Positions 37,685 through 50,013 of a stretch of DNA of 64,000 nt are shown here, in pieces. Below the pieces are notes generated by a model, which saw nothing but the letters and a program-made list of their open reading frames with translations, did not search any database and was not told where the DNA came from. Origin of the DNA: Tubulanus polymorphus (Eukaryota > Animalia > Nemertea); NCBI RefSeq assembly GCF_964204645.1, contig NC_134028.1, positions 16,375,653 through 16,439,652 of the forward strand, read 5' to 3'. The number at the start of each line of letters is the position of its first letter. Within the stretch, counting starts at the first letter, position 1. A program made the translations under genes and the position numbers.

Positions 37685-38134
37685 TCATATACTAAAAATT
37701 TTATAATTTATTAATTCTTTTAATAATTTATCTTGTTCTTCAACTGTTATATTACCATTTAAACGTATTATCTTATCCAATGTATTTTTAAATTTATTAA
37801 TTTCTTTTATATTAGATTTTATTTTTTCTTTATAACTTTTTATATTTAATTTTGAACTTATGCCGGTTAATACAATTGAACTTAAACCTAAAGCTCCAAT
37901 TGAGATAGCTAAAGGTGTTAATGGTGAGAATAATGCTAAAAATGTTATTACAGAACTAATTGTTACTGAACCACGGATAATAAAATAATATATAATTTTA
38001 GATTTTAAATGTTTTTTCTTTTTAACTTTTAAATCATTTTCAAATTCTAATATTTGTTTTTCCAAATATAATTTTGATATAGTTTTATTTATATCATGAG
38101 GAATAATATCAATATTATCAACTTTATCATCCAA
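37685..38134 (-). CDS. Two-helix hydrophobic protein with coiled-coil flanks, unknown function
   Basis: Intact 149-aa ORF with a homolog at 603-950. Confidence 0.65.
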   Translation of the reverse strand: MDDKVDNIDIIPHDINKTISKLYLEKQILEFENDLKVKKKKHLKSKIIYYFIIRGSVTISSVITFLALFSPLTPLAISIGALGLSSIVLTGISSKLNIKSYKEKIKSNIKEINKFKNTLDKIIRLNGNITVEEQDKLLKELINYKIFSI

Positions 38135-38153
38135 TTATTTAGAAAAGAAATTA

Positions 38154-38591
38154 CTAATTAGTAAATTTATATGCAACAAATATAACAATTACTGTTCCAC
38201 CTAAAATCCAAATTATTTCATATTTCTGTTGTTCTCTACTTGGTGTATAATAATCTGATAATTTAGGTTTGTATAGATGTAATTTTTCTTTATTTGTTAC
38301 TGCATTATATAAACTCATAGCTTCATCAACTGATTGAAAATCTCTATGTGTAATTTTCTGGTTATATAATTCTTTGTTAATATAGTCCATATAATTTTGT
38401 CTCTTCTCTATATTCTTCTGCTGCTTTATTATACTTTTCTAACGATAAGTTGTGTCTTCTTTGTTCTGCTAATGAACTATTTTTATCAGATGCTATATAT
38501 CAATATATTATATCAATAGATACCCACCACCAGTAAATGCCAAAGCGTTAACTATTGCCGATCCTATAATAGTTATAACTGCAGATGCCAT
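38154..38591 (-). pseudogene. Small virion protein with amphipathic/hydrophobic N-terminus and C-terminal TM helix (putative membrane-lytic protein)
   Basis: MASAVITIIGSAIVNALAFTGGGYL..EQRRHNLSLEKY..MDYINKEL..KPKLSDYYTPS..QQKYE plus a TM segment. Frameshifted. Confidence 0.6.
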
Positions 38592-38609
38592 TTATTTAGT
38601 AAAAAAATT

Positions 38610-39190
38610 ACGCATTTATATAGGAGGAATATATTTTTGTTTTTCCAAATAATCAATTGTTAAATTAGATAAAGTAACTGCTAACGTTTATTTTAAAATA
38701 TCATTTATATCAAATCTATCAACATTAACACTTCCCATTTTGAATACTTTTTTTAATACCATTGAATAACCAACAGTTCCAACTGATAATAATGCTCCAT
38801 TATATAACCCAGTTATTATCCATTTATTATCACTCATTTATCTATCAAAAAAATCACCTTCAAAATATTTAGTTATCTTATTTATGATTATTTCAACATT
38901 TATTTCATTACTACTTTTGTGATTATCAGATATTTTAGTTAATATTTGTTTAATATCAATAATAATAATCTTCATCTAATTCATAAAATCTTAAAGACTC
39001 TAATTAAATCAGTAATCTTTTCTACATTAAAAGTTTCATTATTTATTGTTCTTTTATATTCAAATCTTGTTTCATTAGAAAATGCAATATTCTTAATATG
39101 TGTTATTACATCATTAATGTTAAATTTCATTTCTTTCTCACGTTTAAAATCAAATCCAAAGCATATACTCGGTCCAACAGTTTTATTCAT
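38610..39190 (-). pseudogene. Conserved Polinton-family ORF of unknown function
   Basis: Homolog at 1010-1579 (GPSICFGFD.KREKEMKF.INDVITHIKN). Confidence 0.6.
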
Positions 39191-39206
39191 TTATATAGTG
39201 AAAAAA

Positions 39207-39948
39207 TTATTCTTTACATCTTATAACTAATTCAAAAATTACAGGAAAGTTATTCAAATCAATTAAATATCCATTATGATTTCTTATTTCTAATTTAAAA
39301 TTGTTAAAATGTGGAATGCATGGTTTGAAATCACACTCAGCTAAATTATAATTTATTTGAGTTCCAAATTGTTTAACATTTTTCAATGGTAAAATATTTA
39401 ATATACTTCAATTACAAATTGTATCTTTAGTTGCTTCAAATGTTTTTTTATGATCAATTAAATTGCAAGAAATATAAAAATGTGCAAAAGGCATTATATT
39501 TGGTGTAGAATCAACATTTGCATGAAGTTTATTTGGTGCAATTCTTAATGGTTTTCTCACTATAAATTTATGTTGTTCTTCATTAGCTAACTTTATTCTT
39601 AATTTATTATTATTATCACTTTTTAAAAATTTAATTCCAAATCCAGCAGCTGCGCTCATTTTTGTTTTAGCTTTTCTATTAATTTCCTGCACTAATGTTT
39701 CTGAATAACCCTGGTCTTAAAAATAGATGATACCATTTATTATTTCTCCTAACGTGAATCATAAAAGCATTATGATCAAGACTTTCATCTGATATATTAT
39801 AAAAAGAATCACATAACCTTACATTTACTAATTTTAAATCTACACAATTCTTAAATTCTCTATCTAATCGTACTAGTAAATTATGTGATTTATAATTTGT
39901 AAGCCTTCTTGAATCAACAAATATTCTGTATTCTTTTAATTCTACCAT
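39207..39948 (-). pseudogene. Minor capsid (penton-like) protein
   Basis: YRIFVDSRR..FYNISD..FYISCNLID..DFKPCIPHF..NGYLIDLNNFPVIFELVIR. Frameshifts. Confidence 0.68.
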
Positions 39949-39962
39949 TTATTTTACATATT

Positions 39963-40352
39963 TTATTCGAAATCTATTTCATGGTGTTCTTTTTCATTCT
40001 TACCTTTATATATGGAATAGAAATCACCAGAACATAATTCTTCTAAATCTTCACTTGATAATCTATGAAATCTATCTGGTAAATATGTTCTGAATTTATA
40101 TTTATTTCCTTTTAATCCTTCATATTCTAAGTGAATAACTAATTTATCTCCATATTTGTTAGTAACTGTATCAATATTTTTAATTAAATATTTCTTATGA
40201 ATTGTTAATTCTGTTAACTTCTTAAATTTATAATCTACTGATTTAGCATTTGTGATACCTTTTATTCTATCTAGAAATGATTTGTTGTTCTCACTGTGTA
40301 CTTGTTTACTACTCTCCATTTTAATAACATATTTTTTATCAAAATTGAACAT
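39963..40352 (-). CDS. Small beta-rich protein starting inside the right TIR (possible OB-fold ssDNA-binding protein)
   Basis: Intact ORF FKKLTEL..KYLI..V.NKYG..LVIHLE..FRTYLPDRF with a second copy at 44984-45217. The fold is an inference. Confidence 0.6.
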   Translation of the reverse strand: MFNFDKKYVIKMESSKQVHSENNKSFLDRIKGITNAKSVDYKFKKLTELTIHKKYLIKNIDTVTNKYGDKLVIHLEYEGLKGNKYKFRTYLPDRFHRLSSEDLEELCSGDFYSIYKGKNEKEHHEIDFE

Positions 40353-40832
40353 AACACTTACCTCTCAACGCGTCCAGCCACGTGTGCGTCCCTCCTATTT
40401 ATACTACTCAACAGTGGGGAAAACCCAGCTGCGTGTTGAGGCTTGTAAATTATGAGGCTTGTGATTGGCTAGAGTAATAGGAAATACTCAACTGTGATTG
40501 GATAGGTTAATACTCAACTGTGATTGGATAGAGTAATAGGGACTACTTAACTGTGATTAACTGGGAATACTCAACTGTGATTGGATAGGTTAATACTCAA
40601 CTGTGATTGGCTAATGTAGTTTTCTAGAACCATCCATCTAAAATCAACATGTATTACGCAATAATCAACGTGTTGAGGCTTGTAAATTAAGAGACTTGTG
40701 ATTATATAGAAGTAATAGGGTATTAGTTGTTTTGTATCAAAGGTTGAATGGTCGAAAAATAAATTCGAGTGTGCGAGAATTTATTTTTCGACCGTTCGAC
40801 CTTTGGTTTAGAACAAATAGTACCCTGTTACT
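40298..40832 (-). repeat. Right TIR with 122-bp terminal hairpin (40711-40832)
   Basis: Inverted copy of the left TIR, followed by the TSD CATACT. Confidence 0.93.
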
Positions 40833-40838
40833 CATACT

Positions 40839-41760
40839 ATGAAATAGCACTGTTCCGTTATCAATGGTTCTTCTTGAATCGTTTTTACAAGGTTTCATAT
40901 GAATGATATCTAGTGACCTTGACCTTTTTCCCCAACATCAAAAGGGCACATCCTCTCCCTAGGGGTAATCATGCGATGTAATATCATTGTATTGCTATCA
41001 ACAGTTCTTTCTGAATCACATTCACGACACAACGTTTCACATGAATGACCTGAAGTGACCTTGACCTTTGATCCTTGGAGCCCAGAATCAATAGGGCACA
41101 TCCTCTCCCTAGGGGTAATCATACTACGTAATATCATGGTCCTGCTATCAACGGTTCTTCTTGAATGGCGTTCACAAGGTTTCACATGAATGACCTGTAG
41201 TGACCTTGACCTTTGGTCCTTTGACCCCAAAATCAATAGGGCACATCCTCTCCCTTGGGGTAATCATACTACGTAATATCATGGTCCTGCTATCAACGGT
41301 TCTTCTTGAATGACGTTCACAAGGTTTCACATGAATGACCTGTAGTGACCTTGACCTTTGGTCCTTTTTCCCAAAATCAATAGGGCACATCCTCTCCCTA
41401 GGGGTAATCATACTACGTAATATAATGGTTCTGCTATCGACGGTTCTTCTTGAATCACGTTCACAAGGTTTTAAATGAATGACCTGTAGTGACCTTGACC
41501 TTTGATCCTTGGACCCCATAATCAATAGGGCACATCCTATCCCTAGGGGTAATCATACTACGTGATATCATGGTCCTGCTTCCAACAGGTCTTCTTGAAT
41601 GACGTTCACAAGTTTTCACATTAATGACCTGTAGTGAACTTGACCTTTGGTCCTTGGACCCCAACATCAATAGGGCACATCCTCTCCTTAGGGGTAATCA
41701 TACTGTGTAATATCATAGTCCTGCGATCAACGGTTCTTCTTGAATCGCGTTCACAAGCTC
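40839..41760. repeat. ~146-bp tandem array (about 6.5 units)
   Basis: GTGACCTTGACC (last copy a variant) at ~40913, 41054, 41200, 41346, 41489 and 41635. Confidence 0.93.
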
Positions 41761-42559
41761 ATGCGGACGGACGGAGGCGGATACCAAGTCCCCCGCTCGC
41801 GGCCTACGCCGCGCGGGGGACAATAACTTGTTGACGACGTTTACATATCCCAGTAGATATATGGCAGAATTCTAAAGTGAGAATTTGTAATCCACTATTC
41901 CTGAACCAAAAACCGTTCAATTGAAACCTGCAAGGCTGACTCATAATTTAGAGGGTTGACACTAAAAAAGCCAACGCGCGTAGTACCGCACTCCTAGTAA
42001 GGTGTAACCGGCTGGTTGTTGTATCGGCAGGCTGTCTGGGGAACTAGCATTTACACCAGCGGTACAGGATTCGATCCATCAGGAACAAAAAGGCAGTTAA
42101 ACCTTATATGTACAATCTTTATTGCATCCCGGAATGAGATTGATTATCATAACTTAACATAGTCTTTATATACAGAATCATGAGTATAAAGTGAGAACTA
42201 GGTGTCAGACAAGTTGTAGACATCAGGACTCACAAACTTACACCTGGAGACATATTTGAGAGACTCAAATTAATTAATGATGAGCACTAATTACTTCGAA
42301 TACATATTGAGTAGTCTGACATGTTGATTACGATAAAGCACATATTGATACTATATTCATAAGTTATATGTCATTATTAATACTATAATTATTATTATTA
42401 AGCATTTCATGTAGTTAAAGATATGAAATATTATGAACCATTCGATATGACATTGTAGATATATATGATAATGAAATATGCAACTCATATCAGGGTGACA
42501 AAGGCACTAAACATAGTAACAAAAGCACAAAACCATACATGTTTATTGATTATGGGGAG

Positions 42560-45500
42560 CATGAAAGATGTGGCGGGAGAAATAAAACTAAAACTATAAG
42601 TAAACAGCAATAATCAATAAGAAATTTATTAACAATATGCACATGTGTCTGAAAAATGTTAACCTATCGTATTCGCCGACGACACGACTGCATATATTAG
42701 TGGAAGCTAAATTGATTATCTAATACAAAGCAATGAAAATGACTTGAATATACTACAATATTGGTTTACTGCTAATAATCTACTGTTTACATTTCTGAAA
42801 TAAAGGACCAATGGTCCAGTGGCTCACCAAACCACCGTGTGGAGTCAAAAATTTGTCATGTATGGCTACTAGGCTACTAAAGATTAATTTCATTGAAAAT
42901 AAAATAAGAAAAATATATCATAAAGGACCTAATTTTGGTCAGTGATAAGTGACTTTTTAACGAGAATGAAATCTTCGGAAAATTGATTTTGGGAATTTTT
43001 GTCTCAACAAACTAATATTCATAATTCTAATACATTCATAGAATGGCATATAAAACAAATAAAACCATTTTTTTGACCCGGCAAAATGAGAGCCTGGGTT
43101 TCAATCGGAGGTTTTTCGTTATCATACGGCTCAATTAGGACAGAAGCTCCCAAGTCTATGCAAATTTGAGGCCAGTGCCGGTTACTGACGAAATAAAGTT
43201 TATCGACTGACATTGTTTTTAATAATTTCACTATAGGATTGCTTTAATTAGGCAGGCAAGCTTACATCTTCACTCGGAAGGGTTGTTACGCGCGAGCTGC
43301 GCCTTGGCGCGCGTTATCTATAACTGATACATACACGCAGTGAACACGAGATTATGAGGCGATTTTACCTACGCCACTGTACACGACTGTTTTCAACGCG
43401 AACGCTCATCACTATGCCGCCATTGACAAGATAATACAAATAATCAGGCTCCAAAACGGATCGTTAATGCGAACGTCAAAATGACTTCAATTAATGATGA
43501 TAAAACTATTATTCCAGTCGTGTATAAATATCAGAATCATCTTAAAAAATTCGATGACGTCATGATGGAGTTCCAACCGGGTCAACACAAATTATATATA
43601 CCCGAGATTTTGGGGGGTTTCGTCTTTGAAAGCCCATAACTACCGAACAAAGCGTTGGATCATGACGAGGTAAAGTTCTTCCGACACAATTAGCATTGAA
43701 TTTTCACACGTGTTATTTTCGACAATCAAAGATGCTACTTGAAAAAACGTGCTCAAATAAATCGAACTTTTTACACTTTTTGGTTACCCACGGCTTTCAC
43801 CTTTGCGCACCATAAAGAAAAACAGATTATGGAATATATTCTGGCTTAATCCGTTCAATTCGCCCATTAGTAATCAAATTACAGGCTAGTAAATTGCGTT
43901 TGAGTGTTAGTCAGCCAGCCAATCATGGAAAATTCGACGATCACGGCATTTTTTGTTACAGCTTGGCATCCGGGCTCATTTGATAGCAGAGTATGTGGGC
44001 TACCATGTGTGGTGGATGCCTTTTATAATTTTTTGTTTTTTGGCCTACAGGGGGCGTTAAAGTCAGACATTTTGAAATTAAAACATCTTCATTTTCATTC
44101 GTCAAGGAAATACACTTTAAACTACTTTTGCTAAATAATTCGAATATCTCATCTTAGGTTTGGAGTAATTTTACAATCTAAACCTTTTCTGAGTTGGGGG
44201 ATTGCAGTGCATATAGCGCAACGTTAATTTTATGCATACATTCATTTGTTACCTAGTTACAGCAGCAACAATCGTGTAATATTCACTTGAAAATAGCAAT
44301 TTCATATGAAATATTCATTTTAAAGGTTATTAGCTCAAATAGTGATGTTGTTAATGTTTTTTGTTGATTATATTGATATTTCTTTAAACTTACTTATAAC
44401 TCGTATGTACTTGGTCAATATCGGGATTAACTGTTTATTGGTTTCTATGGTAACAGCAATTCAAATCTGCGTTCTTCATCCGTCAGGTACCGGTATTTTG
44501 GGCGTTGGGTCTTTCGTGACATTCCAAATGTTCTCAAACTTGCCTAAAGTCTTCGGCCATGTATTGGGCCGCTTATTACTACGTCTTGCTAACAATTGAA
44601 TTGCAACAATGGTAACCATTGTTGCAATTGCAGAAAAATCGCGTAATTTGTCCACATTCTTGACGTAACCAATGGATTAATTGAGGATGTGTTTATCTAA
44701 AACCATATCTAATCTTTTTTCTTTAAAATTTTAAAATCATTCCATATTCGTTCACGAGTAAATTATAACTAAACGTTGTCACCATGGTAACCATACATTA
44801 TATGCGTTTATTTGAAAAAATTCTTTTTTTCCCATAAGATTTTCTCCCATATCTTTTGAACCCTTTCACCGAATTTGTCGAATGAAAGCTCATTTTTGAG
44901 GCAATTCCTTGAATTTTCCTTACTTCTAGGGGATGATACTAGTTAACCTTTAGTAAAACTAATATTCCCTTAACTGCAATTTACTATTCCCAACATTTAT
45001 ATTTATTTCCTTTTAATCCTTCATATTCTAAGTGGATAACTAATTCATCTCCATATTTGTTAGTAACTGTATCAATATTTGTAATTAAATATTTCTTATG
45101 AATTGTTAATTCTGTTAACTTCTTAAATTTATAATCTACAGATTTGACATTTGTAGTATCTTTAATTATATTTAGAAATGATTTGTTGTTCTCACTGTGT
45201 ACTTGTTTACTCTCCATTTTAATAACATATTATTTTATTAAAATTGATTTTAGAAGTCATTAGATATTTTAAGAGTAATAGGGAATAAGTTGTTCTAGAT
45301 TAAAGGTTGAGAGGTCGAGTGAGTAAAAAATGAAAAATAAATTCGAGTGTGCGAGAATTTATTTTTCATTTTTTACTCATTCGACCTCTCGACCTTTGAT
45401 CTAGAACAACTTATTCCCTATTACTGACATAGGCTCGCAGCCTATGTCAACAAAATCAATAGGCCAACAAAAGTAATTCTTTTTTAACCAAATGGAATTA

Positions 45501-46100
45501 GAAATATTAAGAATCAAGATTATACGATAAAACTAGACAACGAGGAACTTAATTTAGTATCATCAACATGCTTCCTTGGATTACATTTAGACGAGATTTT
45601 TGATTTTAATTTACACATTAGCAAAATCTGCACCACAATAGATAGTCAAATTCATTTACTTAACTAGGTTAAACATTTTGAACCTACATACTGTTAAAAA
45701 CGACTTTATGTCAGTCGTATCCATTGTCATTTTACGTACTCACTGATCTCATGGGGGCCCACTTATCTTAAAAAGAAACCTGAGCAGATAAGAAAAATTT
45801 CAGAAAAAAGCCGTTCGAATTATTTCTAAATCAGCATACAATAGCCCAACAGATTCAATGTTTCGCACATTAGAAATTCTAAAATTCAAAGACATGATCC
45901 ATTTAGAAATACTAAAACACGCATATCGGCTTATCAACAATGAACTACCAGCACCGATCATAGACTTATTTCAAAACAATTCTGTATACCATCAATACAA
46001 TACTCGTCAGTACAATCATCCCCGAATCGCTCACTATTAGAAAAGCAGTTATTATAAAAGTTTCCTCAAATTAATTCCAATAATGTGGCTAAACTCCAAT
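42560..46100 (+). mobile_element. Decayed CR1-group LINE RT, interrupted by a ~2.65-kb insertion (~42800-45450)
   Basis: INNM..VFADDT at ~42630-42690, continued by FLGLHLDE..HISKIC and QKKAVRII..MFRTLEILKFKD at 45470-46040. Confidence 0.6.
44984..45425 (-). mobile_element. Polinton-like remnant D: 152-bp terminal hairpin plus truncated terminal ORF
   Basis: The ORF is ~90% identical to 39963-40352. The hairpin at 45274-45425 has only three mismatches. Confidence 0.85.
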
Positions 46101-48897
46101 AACAACCCTTGAATATAGCTACATAGCAGCGATAACGGGTTTCTGCCTAACTGGTTCATATGTCGTACTGGGAAGCGTAAAAAGATTTCATCGCAATAAT
46201 TCTAATCCATCCATAACACATGACAATTTCCAAGAAGCGCAACCTGGGTCAACAATATGCTGGATATGTGGATCCATAAAGGCTGCCACATAAAAAGTAC
46301 TGATGTACCAAGTCTAGACAAAATGGCTTTGAGGATACCGAAGATATGGTCCCCTGGTAGCAGTTGCATCAAAAAAGTATCGTGTCGAGGCAGGTGGCGA
46401 CCAGAAAAAGTAATATTTCCGGGGAAACTTTTAAAAGACGAAAGGCATTGATTGATCAATTAATTTAGTTGTTTCCTTTCTTAATTTACATTTGATTTGG
46501 CAGGTCATCTTGCTTAGGAGTCTGTTTGTCAAAGCATCGAAGCAATACGGTCTAACTTGTTTGTCTCAGATGCAGCGGCAGGGCGGTCATTAGATTGCTG
46601 ACTTGTCCAAATTACATTGACACAGCCCAATGTTTTTCAGTGTGCAAACTTCATCGTAATCGGCATTGAATTTTAGCCACCTGAGCCCTAGGCTTGATTC
46701 GAGCGAAAGACCTTAACTGACTTCACAGAATTTGATTATGAGTCTAGGATTTTCTAAATTTCTGAACAATGCTTTCTCTGGTTTTAAGATGATTTCAAAT
46801 TCAATCGTGAATACATAAAAATCAGTCAAATAATTTTTCATTTTATTGAAAGAAATTCTACTGAACACAGATTTTGAACTGAATGATGTGTTGACTTATC
46901 CAGCTGATAAAAATTACAGCAAAATCAACTGACGGTCAACAAGGTGAAGTTTTCGTTTATCTCCAGATAATTTTTCTACCCCTGATGATACAAGCATTTG
47001 GGCTACACCTTTTGAAACATCAACGCCTGATCTACTCGCACCAATTAGTCAGCCACAGTCGATTTTCATGCCATCTGACCTCTTTCCACCTGTAATTAAG
47101 CGATCCCAAGTAAGAATTACTTAAATGATAGATATTTTAGGAGACCAATTTAAATTGTGCGTTTGTCGTGAAAAATCTATTACTACTGTCTAGCGTAGAC
47201 ACCGTTAAGCCATGTGGCAGTGGTATCGTAAGGGCTAATTAATTTACTCCAAAACAAGTCTCTAAGAGCTTCATATCAAAGGTATGTCACAGGACTCTAG
47301 ACGCGCATGAATTAACATCCCATAATAACAATGAATCCATATCTGCAGTCCTAGTACGTTTGCCGGACTGATTACTAATCAAAATATTGTGAACATGGCA
47401 TTAGCAAAAAAACAAAAACCCAAAACGTCAAGTACTTACAGCATCTGAGACAGTTGCGCTTAAGTTACGACTTTGACTGCCAATGACAAAAAAGCTTGAT
47501 ATGAAACGTACACTTGCACACTGTGGTCTATATTCCCAGTAGCTGCAAGAATACGCAAAGGAATTGAAGACCGTAGTGACCAGTTCATTCCACGAATAAT
47601 AGCTGGAAAGAAAGTACTAGAAATAAATAGTCGTACGGAGTGTAAACCAGCCCCTTACTAATTTCTTGGGCTTTCCAATGGCGCAACACATTTCATTAGG
47701 GCCTTAATCTATTCTAGGTGTATCCCCCAAAAAGCTAGCTAAATGTAGGCATTATGTAGATACCGGGTAGCCAACTACGATTATCATTGCTTCACCGAGT
47801 ACTTATTTGCTACACCATAATATGGTATATTATATGAGTACTTTATGTACTCATACTATAAACAAATCACGTAAATTATTACCTGGTTAACGGAGTCTCA
47901 CCTTAAATCACATAAACTCTGCTGTCGTTGTCATTGATCCGAGTCGTCAAGTGAACACAGAAGTAAAATTCCGTACGAAAATTCCTACCATTTGTGTCCA
48001 CATTACGTCGATTTGAGCTAGAAATCTTCAGGAAATGTAGCCAACGTAAATTGATTTACGAATAGAATTAATCAATTGACTCATTTTAGGGATCAAGGTT
48101 TCGTGAAATTCATTAAAGTCCTAAAACTCGCGATGGATTGAAGCCGAAAATGATTTCAACCATCCACCATCCTAACACCCGATTGCAATAGTTGTCACCC
48201 TTAATCGGTGTGGAATCTTACACACGCTAACGTTAACAGTCGCAATTACGTTACTTTTAGTCATTAAACGGGTTAAGAGACTTTTTTTCAAAACAGGAAC
48301 GATGATTTAAAACAAGAGGACCGGAAGCCGAAAGGGCAAGAAACGCTTAGTTCTGGGTCCCCAACCCCGCTTGGTTAGATACGAAAACTGAGCAGCTCGA
48401 GTCTGACTGAACGCAGGCCCGACCGGCCAAATTGCTACATTTTCTTCAGTTTTAGAAATCAATGAAAAGCTTGAAGCGAACCAACGCTGGGCGGGTGGCT
48501 CGTCATTGGTACGTGCCTCAGTCTGGTCGCCGGTCAGCAGTGCCCTTGACCTTGTCCGGTCCAGGTGTCCCCCCAAAATAATCAATAAACATATAATTCT
48601 GGTTGAATAAGATATTTTTGCATTTGGTCGATAAATTATGCCAACTTTGGTTATATAGGGTATCGACTTTTGGTAATCATGCAATGAATAACAAAAGGTA
48701 TATACTGAGGAGGTGCTAGCAGACGGACTAGCAATTATCAAACGGCATTTGGCAACTAGCAATTGGCAACTAGCAACTAGGAATTGACATGTCCCTCCAG
48801 GTCTTCCATTTCATTGCGCACCAGCTGTAGTTATTGTTTTGTACGCGAAAGGTCGTCCGGTAAATCTGAAGCTTTTCGGGGTGCACTTTTATCAATG

Positions 48898-50013
48898 CGG
48901 TGTTGTCATATCGCGGAATGACGGAATCGCGAAATGTTTTTAAAAACACGGAATATCTTTACTTTCACTATGAATAGTAACCGGGTTTCCCGAGGGGATA
49001 CCCGGTGTCGGACAAAGCACCGGACCAATCGATGCACTAAGTTAGCTTCACACTATTAGCACGCAATTTTATCTGACATTGTTTTATGATACCGTTTAGC
49101 TGCAGCAGCAGTCAGAATGTCTTCGGACAAAGAGATTGGCACCAGGACAAACATTGGTTATCATTTATAATCAACGTTTTGCGATTTTAGTAGATTTGAG
49201 CACGTTCTAGCTTGGGCCGTAGTTTCAGATGGCTGCTAACGTGAAATGTGCTACTACCAATTATGTACCGCGATTCCTTAAAAATTACTTTCATAAAAAA
49301 ACCACCGTCAAGTATCGATGATACGTTCTTTAGACCCAAGGAATCAACAAGGAGAAGGAACTAAGTAACAGCTTTCCCTTCACAAATAATGGAGTTTAAA
49401 AAAATACCATAATCTTTAATATCATTTAACTTTTATTGAATCTTCTATATACACCACACTCGGAAATTAGATACACGTGAAGCATTAAAAATCCAAAGCC
49501 AGAATATGCATAATGTGTGTCTGTTTTCGTCTGACATCGTTCGTTTTGGGATATTTCTATTGACCGTATGAAAACATACCTCAGTTTGGTCTGAATACGA
49601 CCAGTGAAACAGTGCAGTCTAAATAAACCATCTTTTTATATCCATTTTACAATGCAGCATTTCTTAAATTAAAGGTTTATTAGTGGTAACATTCGCAGAA
49701 ATCGTAGATGCGGTCTCAACCGACGCACTAGCTTCAGTGCAGGCCCGATGCACAAGTAACTGTGATGGGGTCAGCAATCAATGTTGATAGATTAATTGCC
49801 TCCATTTTCTCGTTTGGAAGTATCGTTAATTTGTTGAGTGACGATAGTAATAGATTATTACAAATGCCTACCAGGTACCGGTAATGGAAACATGCGTCCG
49901 GTGCCTTGTCCAACAAGGGGAATCCCGTGGAAAAACACGGTTACTATGCATAGTGAAAATGAATAAACCCGTGTTTTTGGAAAATTCCGCGATTCCACGA
50001 TATGACAACACCG
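48898..50013. mobile_element. Non-autonomous TIR DNA transposon with 9-bp TSD (MULE-like by TSD length)
   Basis: TIR CGGTGTTGTCATATCG / CGATATGACAACACCG. TSD TTATCAATG at 48889-48897 and 50014-50022. Confidence 0.85.

Larger units (their letters stand above)
29596..40832 (+). mobile_element. Polinton/Maverick (adintovirus-like) endogenous element with both termini, internally deleted
   Basis: TIRs 29596-30104 / 40298-40832, 5'-AG..CT-3' ends, and 6-bp TSD CATACT (29590-29595, 40833-40838). pPolB, ATPase and capsid gene remnants inside. Confidence 0.95.
29324..41826 (+). mobile_element. Non-autonomous Helentron-type (HINE/DINE-like) element with ~146-bp internal tandem array, split by the Polinton insertion
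   Basis: 5' AACAAGG..ATGTCCCCCA. GTGACCTTGACCTTT..AATCAATAGGGCACATCCTCTCCCTAGGGGTAATCAT units lie at 29530 and 40913-41750. The 3' end has (GACG)n, then the hairpin GTCCCCCGC..GCGGGGGAC and AATAA. The repeat unit continues across the CATACT TSD. Confidence 0.7.

Noticed and set aside
29596-40832. Flip/flop isomers of the terminal hairpin loop (parvovirus-style hairpin transfer)
   Set aside because: All four hairpins have the same loop orientation relative to the element, so there is no evidence of flip/flop here.
40910-41834. Repetitive ORFs (MITPRERMCPID)
   Set aside because: Chance frames through the 146-bp tandem array.
44599-44629. 31-bp palindrome AATTGCAACAATGGT-A-ACCATTGTTGCAATT
   Set aside because: Isolated and short; similar GGTAAC motifs are scattered nearby, as in ordinary MITE interiors.
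46202-46459. Possible PHD-finger-like WIHKGC fragment
   Set aside because: The cysteine pattern is incomplete and nothing else supports it.
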